Assembly: GCA_035604215.1 (NCBI GenBank)
Contig: DATNIW010000073.1
Coordinates: forward strand, 348 to 64,347
Length of the DNA: 64,000 nucleotides
DNA from: Fibrobacteria bacterium
GTDB taxonomy: Bacteria; Fibrobacterota; Fibrobacteria; UBA5070
Direction of reading: 5' to 3'
Shown here: positions 9,785 through 18,102 of the stretch, piece by piece
How the letters are laid out: the number at the start of each line of letters is the position of its first letter
Numbering within the stretch: position 1 is the stretch's first letter
Translations under genes and position numbers: made by a program
The notes under the pieces: model-generated
The model's input: the letters and a program-made list of their open reading frames with translations, nothing else
What the model was told of the DNA's origin: nothing
The model's database searches: none

Positions 9785-11326
9785 TTGCGCAGAGACATCT
9801 TCATCAACGTTTCCCCCTTCGAGAAGCGCATCGCGCTCCTGGAGGACGGAAGACTCACCGAGCTCGTCGTCGACAAGCCGGACAACCAGCGGATCGTCGG
9901 CAACATCTACAAGGGGCGCGTGGTTTCCGTGCTCCCCGGGATGCAGGCCGCCTTCGTGGACATCGGCCTTGAGAAGGCCGCCTTCCTCCACGCGGCGGAC
10001 ATCGCTCCGGCGGGAACGGAGGCCTACGACGACGACGACGACAGCGACGACGAAGTCGATCCCCGTCGCCGAGACCGCGCCGAAAGGCCCATCAACGAGC
10101 TTCTGCGCGAGGGCCAGGAGATCCTGGTCCAGGTCGTCAAGGAGCCCATCAGCACCAAGGGCGCGAAGGTCACCGGGTACCTCTCCATCGCCGGACGGTT
10201 CCTGGTGTGCATGCCCAACACCACCTTCATCGGCGTGTCCAAGAAGAGCCGCGACCACGGTTCCCGCCGCAAGCTCAAGCAGCTCGTGCAGGAGCTTCGC
10301 CGGTTCCCGGACGTGGGATACATCGTTCGCACCAACGGGCTCAACGAGACCGAGGAGGAATTCCGCATCGAGATGGGGATCCTCGAGGAGAAGTGGGCCT
10401 TCATCAAGTCGGTCGCCAGCGAGTGCGAGGCGCCGCGGCTGGTGCTGGAGGAGAACGAGGCGGCGGTGGGCATCCTGCGCGACTACTTCTCCGAGAAGGT
10501 CGACAAGGTGATGGTCGACGACAAGGACTTCTTCCAGAAGACCAAGGCCTACATCCGCCAGCTTTCGCCGGACCTCGTGAGCCGGGTGCACCTCTACGAC
10601 GAGAAGACGCCCCTGTTCGACGAATTCGAGATCGAGCAGGAAGTCCAGAAGGTCTACGCCGACAAGGTCTGGATCCGCAAGGGGAGCCATCTGGTCATCC
10701 AGACCACGGAGGCCATGACCACCATCGACGTGAACACGGGACGCAACGTGGGTCGCGACGACCAAGCCGCGACCATCCTGGACACCAACATCACCGCCGC
10801 CAAGGAGATCGCCAAGCAGCTTCGGCTCCGCGACCTGGGCGGGATCATCGTGGTGGACTTCATCGACATGGACGCCGAGGACGACCGCGAGAAGCTGGTC
10901 CGGGAGTTCCGAAAGGCGTTGCGCGGCGACCGCGCGCCCATCACCGTGGCCAGTTCCATCAGCCAGTTCGGCCTCCTGGAGATGACCCGAAAGCGCGTGC
11001 GCGAGGCCTTGGTCAAGACCGTCTCGGAGCCTTGCAGCCACTGCGAAGGGTCCGGGAACGTGCTCCTTCCCAGTTCGGTGGTCGCATCGCTGGAACGCTG
11101 GGTCCGTCGCAACCAGTCCCGGAACGGTCCCAAGGAGATCGCCATCGTGGTCCACTCGCGGATCATCGACTACCTGGTGGCCGAGCGGTCCACCGCCTTC
11201 CACCGCCTGGAGAGCTTCGGGGCGAAGATCGAGCTCGTGGAAGATCCGGACGCGCCCGCCGACAGCTACCGCATCTTCCACTCCCGTTCGCTGGAGGAGC
11301 TCACACCCCAGCACAACGCGGCATGA
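9785..11326 (+). CDS. rng: Rne/Rng-family ribonuclease (RNase G-like)
   Basis: TTG start. The S1-domain N-terminus is 'IVGNIYKGRVVSVLPGMQAAFVDIGLEKAAFLH'. It also has 'TTEAMTTIDVNTG' and 'DLGGIIVVDFIDM' catalytic-core motifs. 513 aa. Confidence 0.88.
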   Translation: MRRDIFINVSPFEKRIALLEDGRLTELVVDKPDNQRIVGNIYKGRVVSVLPGMQAAFVDIGLEKAAFLHAADIAPAGTEAYDDDDDSDDEVDPRRRDRAERPINELLREGQEILVQVVKEPISTKGAKVTGYLSIAGRFLVCMPNTTFIGVSKKSRDHGSRRKLKQLVQELRRFPDVGYIVRTNGLNETEEEFRIEMGILEEKWAFIKSVASECEAPRLVLEENEAAVGILRDYFSEKVDKVMVDDKDFFQKTKAYIRQLSPDLVSRVHLYDEKTPLFDEFEIEQEVQKVYADKVWIRKGSHLVIQTTEAMTTIDVNTGRNVGRDDQAATILDTNITAAKEIAKQLRLRDLGGIIVVDFIDMDAEDDREKLVREFRKALRGDRAPITVASSISQFGLLEMTRKRVREALVKTVSEPCSHCEGSGNVLLPSSVVASLERWVRRNQSRNGPKEIAIVVHSRIIDYLVAERSTAFHRLESFGAKIELVEDPDAPADSYRIFHSRSLEELTPQHNAA

Positions 11327-12525
11327 CCTCGGCGGCCTTCCCGGATTCGGAGGCCGTGCGGGATCTCGACGCGCGATGGGTGCTGGGCACCTACGCGCGC
11401 CAACCGCTCTCGCTGGTGCGCGGGGATGGAGCCTGGGTCTGGGACGCCGAGGGACGCAAGTACCTGGACCTGACCGCGGGCATCGCCGTCAACGCCCTGG
11501 GACACGCCGACCCCCTGGTGGTGGCGGCGATCCACGAACAGGCCTCCCGGATGGCCCACACCTCCAACCTCTACTTCACCCCCCTGCACGGACGGATGGC
11601 GGAAGTGCTCTGCCGCCACGGCGGATTGGACAAGGCGTTCTTCTGCAACTCGGGAACGGAAGCGAACGAGGCCGCCATCAAGTTCGCGCGCAAGTTCTGG
11701 TACGAGCGGGGATCCGCGTGGCGCCACGAGATCGTCTCCTTCCAGGACTCCTTCCACGGACGCACCTACGGCGCGCTTTCCGCCACCGGACAGGACAAGA
11801 TCCAGACCGGTTTCGGACCGCTCCTCCCGGGGTTCGTGCGATCGGCCCTGACGCCGGAAGGCCTGCGCGAGGCCGTGGGAGCGCACACCGCGGCCGTGAT
11901 CCTGGAGCCCATCCTCGCGGAGGGCGGGGTCATCGAGCCGTCGCCTGAATTCATCGCCACCTTGAACGAACTCCAGGAGAAGCACGGTTTCCTCCTGATC
12001 GCCGACGAGATCCAGACGGGTCTGGGCCGCACGGGAGAGTGGTTCGCGCACAAGTCGCCCGGTCTGCACCCGGACCTCGTGACCCTCGCGAAGCCCCTGG
12101 GCGGTGGCCTTCCGCTGGGAGCGGTCCTCCTCAAGCAGGCCGTGGCGGATGCCATCAAGCCCGGCGACCACGGCACCACCTTCGGGGGCAACCCGGTCGC
12201 GGTCGCGGCTGGGCTGGCGGTCCTGGATCGCCTGGAAAGGCCGGGGTTCCTGGAAAACGTCCGCGAAGTCGCCTCGCGCCTGCGCGCCGGACTCGCCTCC
12301 CTTTCCGGACGCGGACCCTTCGGGGAGCTGCGCGGGAGAGGACTTTTGATCGGCATCGCCGTCTCCTGCGATCCCGGGATGATCATGGACGCCGCCCGCG
12401 CCCAGGGCCTGATCGCCTACCGCGCCGGGGGGCACGTCCTGCGCCTGCTTCCGCCCCTGGTCCTCACGGCCGACCAGGCCGACTTCGCCGTGGAAGGCCT
12501 TCGGAAGGTCGCGGACAGGATCTGA
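11323..12525 (+). CDS. argD: Acetylornithine / class-III aminotransferase
   Basis: The ATG overlaps the rng stop (ATGA at 11323-11326). Motifs seen: 'YLDLTAGIAVNALGHADP', 'FFCNSGTEANEAAIKFARK', 'LLIADEIQTGLGRTGEWF' and 'DLVTLAKPLGGGLPLGA' (PLP-lysine motif). Confidence 0.85.
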   Translation: MTSAAFPDSEAVRDLDARWVLGTYARQPLSLVRGDGAWVWDAEGRKYLDLTAGIAVNALGHADPLVVAAIHEQASRMAHTSNLYFTPLHGRMAEVLCRHGGLDKAFFCNSGTEANEAAIKFARKFWYERGSAWRHEIVSFQDSFHGRTYGALSATGQDKIQTGFGPLLPGFVRSALTPEGLREAVGAHTAAVILEPILAEGGVIEPSPEFIATLNELQEKHGFLLIADEIQTGLGRTGEWFAHKSPGLHPDLVTLAKPLGGGLPLGAVLLKQAVADAIKPGDHGTTFGGNPVAVAAGLAVLDRLERPGFLENVREVASRLRAGLASLSGRGPFGELRGRGLLIGIAVSCDPGMIMDAARAQGLIAYRAGGHVLRLLPPLVLTADQADFAVEGLRKVADRI

Positions 12526-12933
12526 CTACGACTGGGCCGCGGCCCGGCTCCACGCGACCATCTTCATGTCTTCCTCCTCGATGTGGTGGCGGAGCCAGTC
12601 CACCAGGAAACGGGCGAGCGTGAGCGGCAGCGTGAGCCTGCCCGCGCGGTGGTCCGCGACCAGCTGTCCCACCTGGCTCGCCAGTTCCTCGTGCTTGCGC
12701 CGATGTTCCGGAAGCCCCGGGAAGGCCAAGGCGACCATCAGGGCCTCCTCCGCCCTGAAATGTTCCACCGTGTAGGAAGCCATCGACCGCAGGGTTCCGC
12801 CCATCTTCTCCTGGGCGGAGCCGGACATCAGCGCGTCGTGGAGGTCGTTCAACAGGCCGAACAGATGCCTGTGCTGCTCGTCGACCCCGGCGTGTCCCGT
12901 CTCGTACCGTTCCTCCCATTCCGCCAACGCCAT
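12526..12933 (-). CDS. Bacteriohemerythrin-like protein
   Basis: 135 aa. 'WEERYETGHAGVDEQHRHLF', 'HFRAEE' and 'HRRKHEE' give the H/E/D iron-ligand spacing typical of hemerythrin. Its stop abuts the argD stop (TGACTA at 12523-12528). Its start is 3 nt after the pilT stop. Confidence 0.8.
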   Translation of the reverse strand: MALAEWEERYETGHAGVDEQHRHLFGLLNDLHDALMSGSAQEKMGGTLRSMASYTVEHFRAEEALMVALAFPGLPEHRRKHEELASQVGQLVADHRAGRLTLPLTLARFLVDWLRHHIEEEDMKMVAWSRAAAQS

Positions 12934-12936
12934 GCT

Positions 12937-14388
12937 CTACGTCCCGCCGCCCAACTCGGCGAGGAAGGACGTGTCGATCCCGTTGTTCTTGAACAGGCCC
13001 AGGAGTCCCTGCTTGTCGACCGCCTTGATGTAGGCTTCGCGGGCTTCCACGGTCCGGCGGCGCACGAGGTCGGTCAAGCTGTCGTTCATCGTGCACATCC
13101 CGTACTTCTTTCCGGTCTGCATCACGGAGGGGATCTGGAAGGTCTTGCCCTCGCGCACCAGGGCCGACACGGAAGGGGTTCCGATGAGGATCTCGTAGGC
13201 GGCCACGCGGCCACCGCCGATCTTGCGGCACAGGGTCTGTGCGATGACGCCTTTCAGGGATTCCGAGAGCATGACCCGGATCTGGTCCTGCCGGTCGGCG
13301 GGAAACACGTCGATCAGGCGGTCCACGGTGGACGGCGCCGTGCTGGTGTGCAGGGTCCCGAACACCAGGTGCCCCGTTTCCGCGGTCTCGATGGCGATGG
13401 AGATGGTCTCCAGATCCCGCATCTCGCCCACCAGCACGATGTCCGGATCCTCGCGGAGCGCGGCCCGCAGGGCGCTGGAGAAGGTGCGGGTATGGATGCG
13501 GACCTCGCGCTGGTTGATCAGGCACCCCTTGTTCGGGTGCACGAACTCGATGGGGTCCTCGATGGTGATGATGTGGTCCTTGCGCTGCCGGTTCACCAGG
13601 TCGATGAGGGCCGCGAGGGTCGTGGACTTCCCCGATCCCGTGGGCCCGGTCACCAGCACGAGTCCCTTGGACAGGAAGCACAGCTGGCGGACCTCGTCGG
13701 GGAGGCTCAGGTCGTCCACGGAGAGGATCTCGGTCGGAATCTGTCGGAACACCGCCCCGATCCCCTTGCGGTCGCGGAAGTAGTTGGCCCGGAAGCGGGC
13801 GATTCCCGGGATCTCGTGGGCGAAATCCGTGTCGCCGGTCTCCAGGAATTCCTCCCGGTTGCGCGCCGGAGCGATCTCGAAGAGGAGGTCGCGGAGGGCG
13901 TCGTCGGAATACCTGGGCTCGCCCTCCAGGCGGACCATGTCCCCGGAGTCCCGCAGCATGGGAGGCTCGTTGGAGCAAAGGTGCAGGTCGGAGGCCTTGC
14001 GCTCCACCATGGTGCGGAAGAGCCGGTGGATGGCGGGTTCCGCGACGGCGTCCACGACCGAGGCGGGATCCGCCTCGACCTGGGCCGCTTCCGACAGGGT
14101 GAACACGGCCTTGGGTCCCAGGGCGGAGGGATGGCCGACGCAGGCGAAGGAGCGCTCTCCGCACAGGTAGGAGAATCCGAACGGTCCGTTGGCCCGGATG
14201 GAAGGCACCATGTCGGGCGGCGCGATTTCCGAGAGCAGGGAAACGACCGCGGCGGGATCGCATCGTTCGGCCGTCATGGGCCGTTCCTCCCCGTCGAAGA
14301 CGAAGACGATCTCGCGGCCGGCCTGGAGCAGGAAGTGCGTCGCGCCGTGCGCGACCTGCGCCTGGAGGTAGCTGTCGAGGGTGGCCAT
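12937..14388 (-). CDS. pilT: Type IV pilus retraction ATPase PilT with an ~118-aa N-terminal extension
   Basis: ATG at 14388, inside a longer artefactual ORF. It has Walker A 'GPTGSGKSTT', 'IITIEDPIEF', 'ALREDPDIVLVGEMRD' and 'GHLVFGTLHT'. The canonical PilT N-terminus ('ASDLHL...') only begins about residue 120. Confidence 0.88.
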   Translation of the reverse strand: MATLDSYLQAQVAHGATHFLLQAGREIVFVFDGEERPMTAERCDPAAVVSLLSEIAPPDMVPSIRANGPFGFSYLCGERSFACVGHPSALGPKAVFTLSEAAQVEADPASVVDAVAEPAIHRLFRTMVERKASDLHLCSNEPPMLRDSGDMVRLEGEPRYSDDALRDLLFEIAPARNREEFLETGDTDFAHEIPGIARFRANYFRDRKGIGAVFRQIPTEILSVDDLSLPDEVRQLCFLSKGLVLVTGPTGSGKSTTLAALIDLVNRQRKDHIITIEDPIEFVHPNKGCLINQREVRIHTRTFSSALRAALREDPDIVLVGEMRDLETISIAIETAETGHLVFGTLHTSTAPSTVDRLIDVFPADRQDQIRVMLSESLKGVIAQTLCRKIGGGRVAAYEILIGTPSVSALVREGKTFQIPSVMQTGKKYGMCTMNDSLTDLVRRRTVEAREAYIKAVDKQGLLGLFKNNGIDTSFLAELGGGT

Positions 14389-14849
14389 CAGGCGGCGTCC
14401 GAGGGTTCCACGGACTCGATCCAGTCCTTGTTGACCACCACCGTGCCGGATTCCGTCACCAAGGGGAAGAACCGCTCCGGGAGATTCAGGAAGTCCAGGG
14501 GACGCCGGTGGTTCCCGGGCAGGAGCAGCCGCACCAATCCCGCGACCACGGCCCCGCCGCGCAGCCGAACCCGCATGTTGGCGCTCGAGGCCTGGAATTC
14601 CTCCAGCTCGGAAAGTTCTTCCAGGGGCTCGAGGCAGGCGAACATGGCGATGGACGATTTCGCCAGGAGCTTGATCCGTCCGTCGATCGAGGCGGGGACG
14701 AAGGCGTCGGGGTCGTTCAGCCGGCCCAGGAGTCCCTGGGAACCGCGCGGGTCGGGAGGAGCGAGGAAGAGAACGGCTTCCACCGGGCCGTCGGGTCCGG
14801 AAGGCAGGCGCACGGGAATCCGCCGCACGTCCAAGGCAAGGTCGAGCAT
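14388..14849 (-). CDS. Hypothetical protein, translationally coupled to pilT (weak PilZ-like motifs)
   Basis: 153 aa. Its stop overlaps the pilT start (TGATG). 'RRIPVR' (RRxxxR) and a later 'ASIDG' (SxxG) faintly recall PilZ domains. I recognise no firm family. Confidence 0.45.
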   Translation of the reverse strand: MLDLALDVRRIPVRLPSGPDGPVEAVLFLAPPDPRGSQGLLGRLNDPDAFVPASIDGRIKLLAKSSIAMFACLEPLEELSELEEFQASSANMRVRLRGGAVVAGLVRLLLPGNHRRPLDFLNLPERFFPLVTESGTVVVNKDWIESVEPSDAA

Positions 14850-14858
14850 GGGGCCATG

Positions 14859-16244
14859 CTACGATACCGGCGGTGGTCGGGGCAATCCCCGCGTTCCCCC
14901 GATCACCCCGGCCTTCGACAGGATCCGGTTCAATTTCCGGTCCCAAGCCGCATGCCCCTCCGGGGTCTGGGGGTAAGCCAGGAGATGGACGCGCAACCTG
15001 GACATCCACCAAAGCGCGGGCACCAGCCGCAGCACCAGGCGGGGGTGGGCGGAGAGTCGCGCCACCAGACGCAGCAGCGGCCCCGCCGATCGCCAGGAAG
15101 TGGAGTAGAGGGCGATGACCGTGCGGGAGTCGGCCATCCGGACCAGGGCGTCGAAGTCTTCCTGCCGCAGGTCCTGGAGCAGGGGGCGCAGCGCTTCTTG
15201 CGCGGAGATTCCCGCGCCGTGGTCCACGATGCTGTCGTTCCAGCGGTAGCGCAGATAGGCGCGATGGTAGCCCCAGAGGTTTTCCAGGGTGGCTTCCCCC
15301 CGCGAGAAGGCGTGGACGACCTGCAACGCGGCCAGGTGACCGGTCAGCAGGGAGGAATGGATCCCGGCTCCGTCCAAGGGGCCCACGCAGCACGCGGCGT
15401 CTCCGCAGGCGATGTAGCCCGGTGCCACCGCGCACGACAGGAAGGTCCGGGCCGGAAGGAAGGCTCCCGCGGCGGAGCGTCGTTCCCACGAGATCCCCCA
15501 GGATCTGCCGTGCTCTTCCAGGCACTTCGCCCAAGGGCGCGCGGAGGGCGCGCCTCCGATGCCAACGTTCATCTCCGCCGGTCCGTTGGGGAAGTACCAG
15601 ACGTAGCCCCCGTTGGAGGCGGCCAGGTCGTAGCTGAGGGCGATCTCGTCGGGGTGGGGGATCCCGGCGGGAACCCGCACCAGCTCCCTGTAGGCGAACG
15701 CCAACCGTCCTTCCCCCACCTCCCTTTCCAAGGGGCCCGGCACCGCGACCTTCTGGCGCAGGCCGGAAGCGGCGCCGCTGCAATCCAGGCAGCAACGCGC
15801 CCGAAGTACGCCACCCTCCGTGCGCACCCCGACGATGGAGTCTCCTTCGGCGATCCAGTCGACGATCCTGCCGTTCCCGCGGAATTCCGCTCCCGCCGCG
15901 ATCGCCGCGTCCAGCAGGATCCTGCCCATGCGGGGCCGATCCACCATGGCGCGGGGCGTGATGCGGGCCGGGATCACCAGGTGGTCCCGGCCGTCGGAGG
16001 TCGAGATGCGCGCGCCGAGGTTTCCACGAAGCACGGCGGGGGAGAGGTCCACGCCCAGGACGGCGAGCGTCCAACGGATCTCGTTCTCCTCCATGGCGTC
16101 GCCGCAGGCCTTGGTCCCCACCTGGTCGGCGGATCTCCGGTCCAGGAGCACCACGCGGAGTCCCTCCCGCGCGGCCGAAAGGGCCGCCGCGCAACCCGCC
16201 GTGCCGGCTCCCACCACGGCCACGTCGCAGTCGAAGCCGGTCAC
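14859..16244 (-). CDS. FAD-dependent oxidoreductase, geranylgeranyl-reductase family
   Basis: GTG start at 16244 overlapping the upstream stop (GTGA). It has the dinucleotide-binding motif 'DVAVVGAGTAGCAAA' and 'GDAACCVGPLDGAGI' (the GD motif of flavoprotein reductases). 461 aa. Confidence 0.65.
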   Translation of the reverse strand: MTGFDCDVAVVGAGTAGCAAALSAAREGLRVVLLDRRSADQVGTKACGDAMEENEIRWTLAVLGVDLSPAVLRGNLGARISTSDGRDHLVIPARITPRAMVDRPRMGRILLDAAIAAGAEFRGNGRIVDWIAEGDSIVGVRTEGGVLRARCCLDCSGAASGLRQKVAVPGPLEREVGEGRLAFAYRELVRVPAGIPHPDEIALSYDLAASNGGYVWYFPNGPAEMNVGIGGAPSARPWAKCLEEHGRSWGISWERRSAAGAFLPARTFLSCAVAPGYIACGDAACCVGPLDGAGIHSSLLTGHLAALQVVHAFSRGEATLENLWGYHRAYLRYRWNDSIVDHGAGISAQEALRPLLQDLRQEDFDALVRMADSRTVIALYSTSWRSAGPLLRLVARLSAHPRLVLRLVPALWWMSRLRVHLLAYPQTPEGHAAWDRKLNRILSKAGVIGGTRGLPRPPPVS

Positions 16245-17221
16245 GGGTGGGACAGTTCCCGTCGGATCGGCACCAGGTCGCGGACCAGCGATGCCGGGAG
16301 CCACTTGCGGACCTTCTTGTACCGAGGGGCGTCGAGCGTGTCGAGCCACGCCCGGGCGGAGTCCCGCCGGCCCATGGCGGCGTGGATGCGGGCCAGGTTC
16401 CCGGCCGCGGAGAGCCGACCGACCGGGAGGACTTCCAGGCCATCGTACTCGATGAAGCTCGCGCGGTAGGTGTCGAGCGCCTGGGACAGGCGGTCCAACC
16501 GGAAAAGGACATCGCCTTCGGCTTGCCGGTAGATCCGATTTTCCGGCCAGATCGCGCGGGCTTCCTGGACCACGCGAAGCGCTTCGGGGTATTCGCCCCG
16601 CTCGTATCGGATCCAGAGAAGCGAGGTGCGGAACGCCTCGCGAAACGGCGACCGGGATGCCGCCGCCTGCTGGGTGAGCAGCAATCCTCGATCGCGCTGG
16701 TCGCCCCCGATGAACCTGCCCACGGGGCCCAGGCTCTGGGACTTCCAGAACAGGTAGCCACCGACGATCCCCCGGAGTTCCGGACTGTCCCAACCCTGGT
16801 CCATCATGTCGCGGGCGACGGAGGCCGCCGAGCGGCCGTCCAGGGCGGATGCCAGGTCCCGACCCTCCAGCGCGGCCAGATAGGACTCCTGGGACAGGGC
16901 CATGGCGTCGATCAGGCGGGAGCGCGGATCCGTCCTGGACCGGACCAGCCGGGAGAGTTGGTCCAGTGTGCGGTGGGCGGATTCCAGGCGGGCGGGGTCA
17001 TGGAGATCCGCGAAGGCCGATAGCGCCACGGTGGCAGAGAGCAGGAGCTTCTCCTGCTCGGAACCTCCGTCCCAGGAGCGCGCGAAACCGTCCGCCGCCC
17101 GATGGTTCCCGGAAAGGGACAGGCTCGATGCTTCCTCGAACGCCTTCAGTCCCCGACCTCCCAGCAGGGTATCCCCCGCCTGGGCGCAAAACAGCCATCC
17201 GGCCATGATGATCGCGATCAC
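16241..17221 (-). CDS. Hypothetical secreted/periplasmic helical-repeat protein
   Basis: 326 aa with a hydrophobic N-terminus 'MIAIIMAGWLFCAQAG'. It is Ala/Leu/Arg-rich with TPR-like helical character. It is the first gene of the minus-strand operon. Confidence 0.5.
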   Translation of the reverse strand: MIAIIMAGWLFCAQAGDTLLGGRGLKAFEEASSLSLSGNHRAADGFARSWDGGSEQEKLLLSATVALSAFADLHDPARLESAHRTLDQLSRLVRSRTDPRSRLIDAMALSQESYLAALEGRDLASALDGRSAASVARDMMDQGWDSPELRGIVGGYLFWKSQSLGPVGRFIGGDQRDRGLLLTQQAAASRSPFREAFRTSLLWIRYERGEYPEALRVVQEARAIWPENRIYRQAEGDVLFRLDRLSQALDTYRASFIEYDGLEVLPVGRLSAAGNLARIHAAMGRRDSARAWLDTLDAPRYKKVRKWLPASLVRDLVPIRRELSHP

Positions 17222-17316
17222 GTTGCCTGCAAACCTACTTCCCGCCTATTTCCTCCCCATCCGCAGGGGGGGATCCCCCGGACACGGGGAGTCCCCAGTT
17301 TGTAGGCTTTCCGGCG

Positions 17317-18102
17317 ATGAGCGCCGCGGACCCAATTGCCATCCTGGCCCTGGCCGGTCGCCCCCAGGACCTTCCTCTCACCCCATCGGCCAGGCGGCGC
17401 GTGCGGCGCGTGGAGATCCGGTTGGACCTCGCGGATCCGGAGGAGTGGCCGCACCGCGTGCGGGAGGCGGAACGCGCCTTCCCCGCCTCGCGCCTGCTGG
17501 CGACGCTGCGTCGACGCCACGACGGCGGGATGTGGCCCGACGATGCCGACAGGCAGGAGGCGCTGGAACGGATCCTGTCCATTCGGGGTTGGGATGCGCT
17601 CGATCTCGAATCCGACGCGCCCGATCTGGAGGCCCTCCTGAAGCGGGCGCGCAGACGGGCGCCGGAGCTTCGCCTGGTGCTTTCCCGGCACGTGTTCGAG
17701 GCGATCGAGGGGAAGGAACTCGCCGACCAGATCTCGCGGCTGCGCGCCGAGGCCCAGGCGAAAGGGGCCCAGGCGGCCAAATGGGCCGGAGCGGTGATGG
17801 ACCTGGAGGAAGACGGACCCGAACTCGTGCGGATCCTTTCCGCCTGGGACGGCGGGACGGTTCCGGCGGTCTTCCCCATGGGCGCGGGAGCCGAGCCGTG
17901 GCGGGTGGCCTGCGCCGCGGTGTGCGGAGGCTGGGGCTACGGGCACGACGGCGCGGGCTCCTTGGCCCTGGGCCAATTGCCGTGGAAGGTGTTCGACGCC
18001 CTGCTCGGAGCGGTTCCCCGTTCGGACCGCTGGGATCCGGAATGGTTCGCGGGAATCTCGTCCGCGACGGCGCTCGCCTTGCGGGAAGAGGTGCCGACTT
18101 GA
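17317..18102 (+). CDS. aroD: Type I 3-dehydroquinate dehydratase-like protein
   Basis: By eye it is collinear with E. coli AroD: 'VEIRLDL' (cf. EWRVDH), 'LLATLRRRHDGG' (cf. LLFTFRSAKEGG), 'DALDLES', 'SRHVF' (catalytic His position), 'AAKWA' (Schiff-base Lys position) and 'PMGAGAEPWRV'. Confidence 0.55.
   Translation: MSAADPIAILALAGRPQDLPLTPSARRRVRRVEIRLDLADPEEWPHRVREAERAFPASRLLATLRRRHDGGMWPDDADRQEALERILSIRGWDALDLESDAPDLEALLKRARRRAPELRLVLSRHVFEAIEGKELADQISRLRAEAQAKGAQAAKWAGAVMDLEEDGPELVRILSAWDGGTVPAVFPMGAGAEPWRVACAAVCGGWGYGHDGAGSLALGQLPWKVFDALLGAVPRSDRWDPEWFAGISSATALALREEVPT

Noticed and set aside
12937-16761. A single 1,274-aa ORF containing PilT at its C-terminus.
   Set aside because: Only the last 483 codons (from the ATG at 14388) look like protein. 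The upstream ~790 codons are Arg/Pro/Gly-rich noise. They overlap two well-supported genes in other frames (14388-14849 and 14859-16244).
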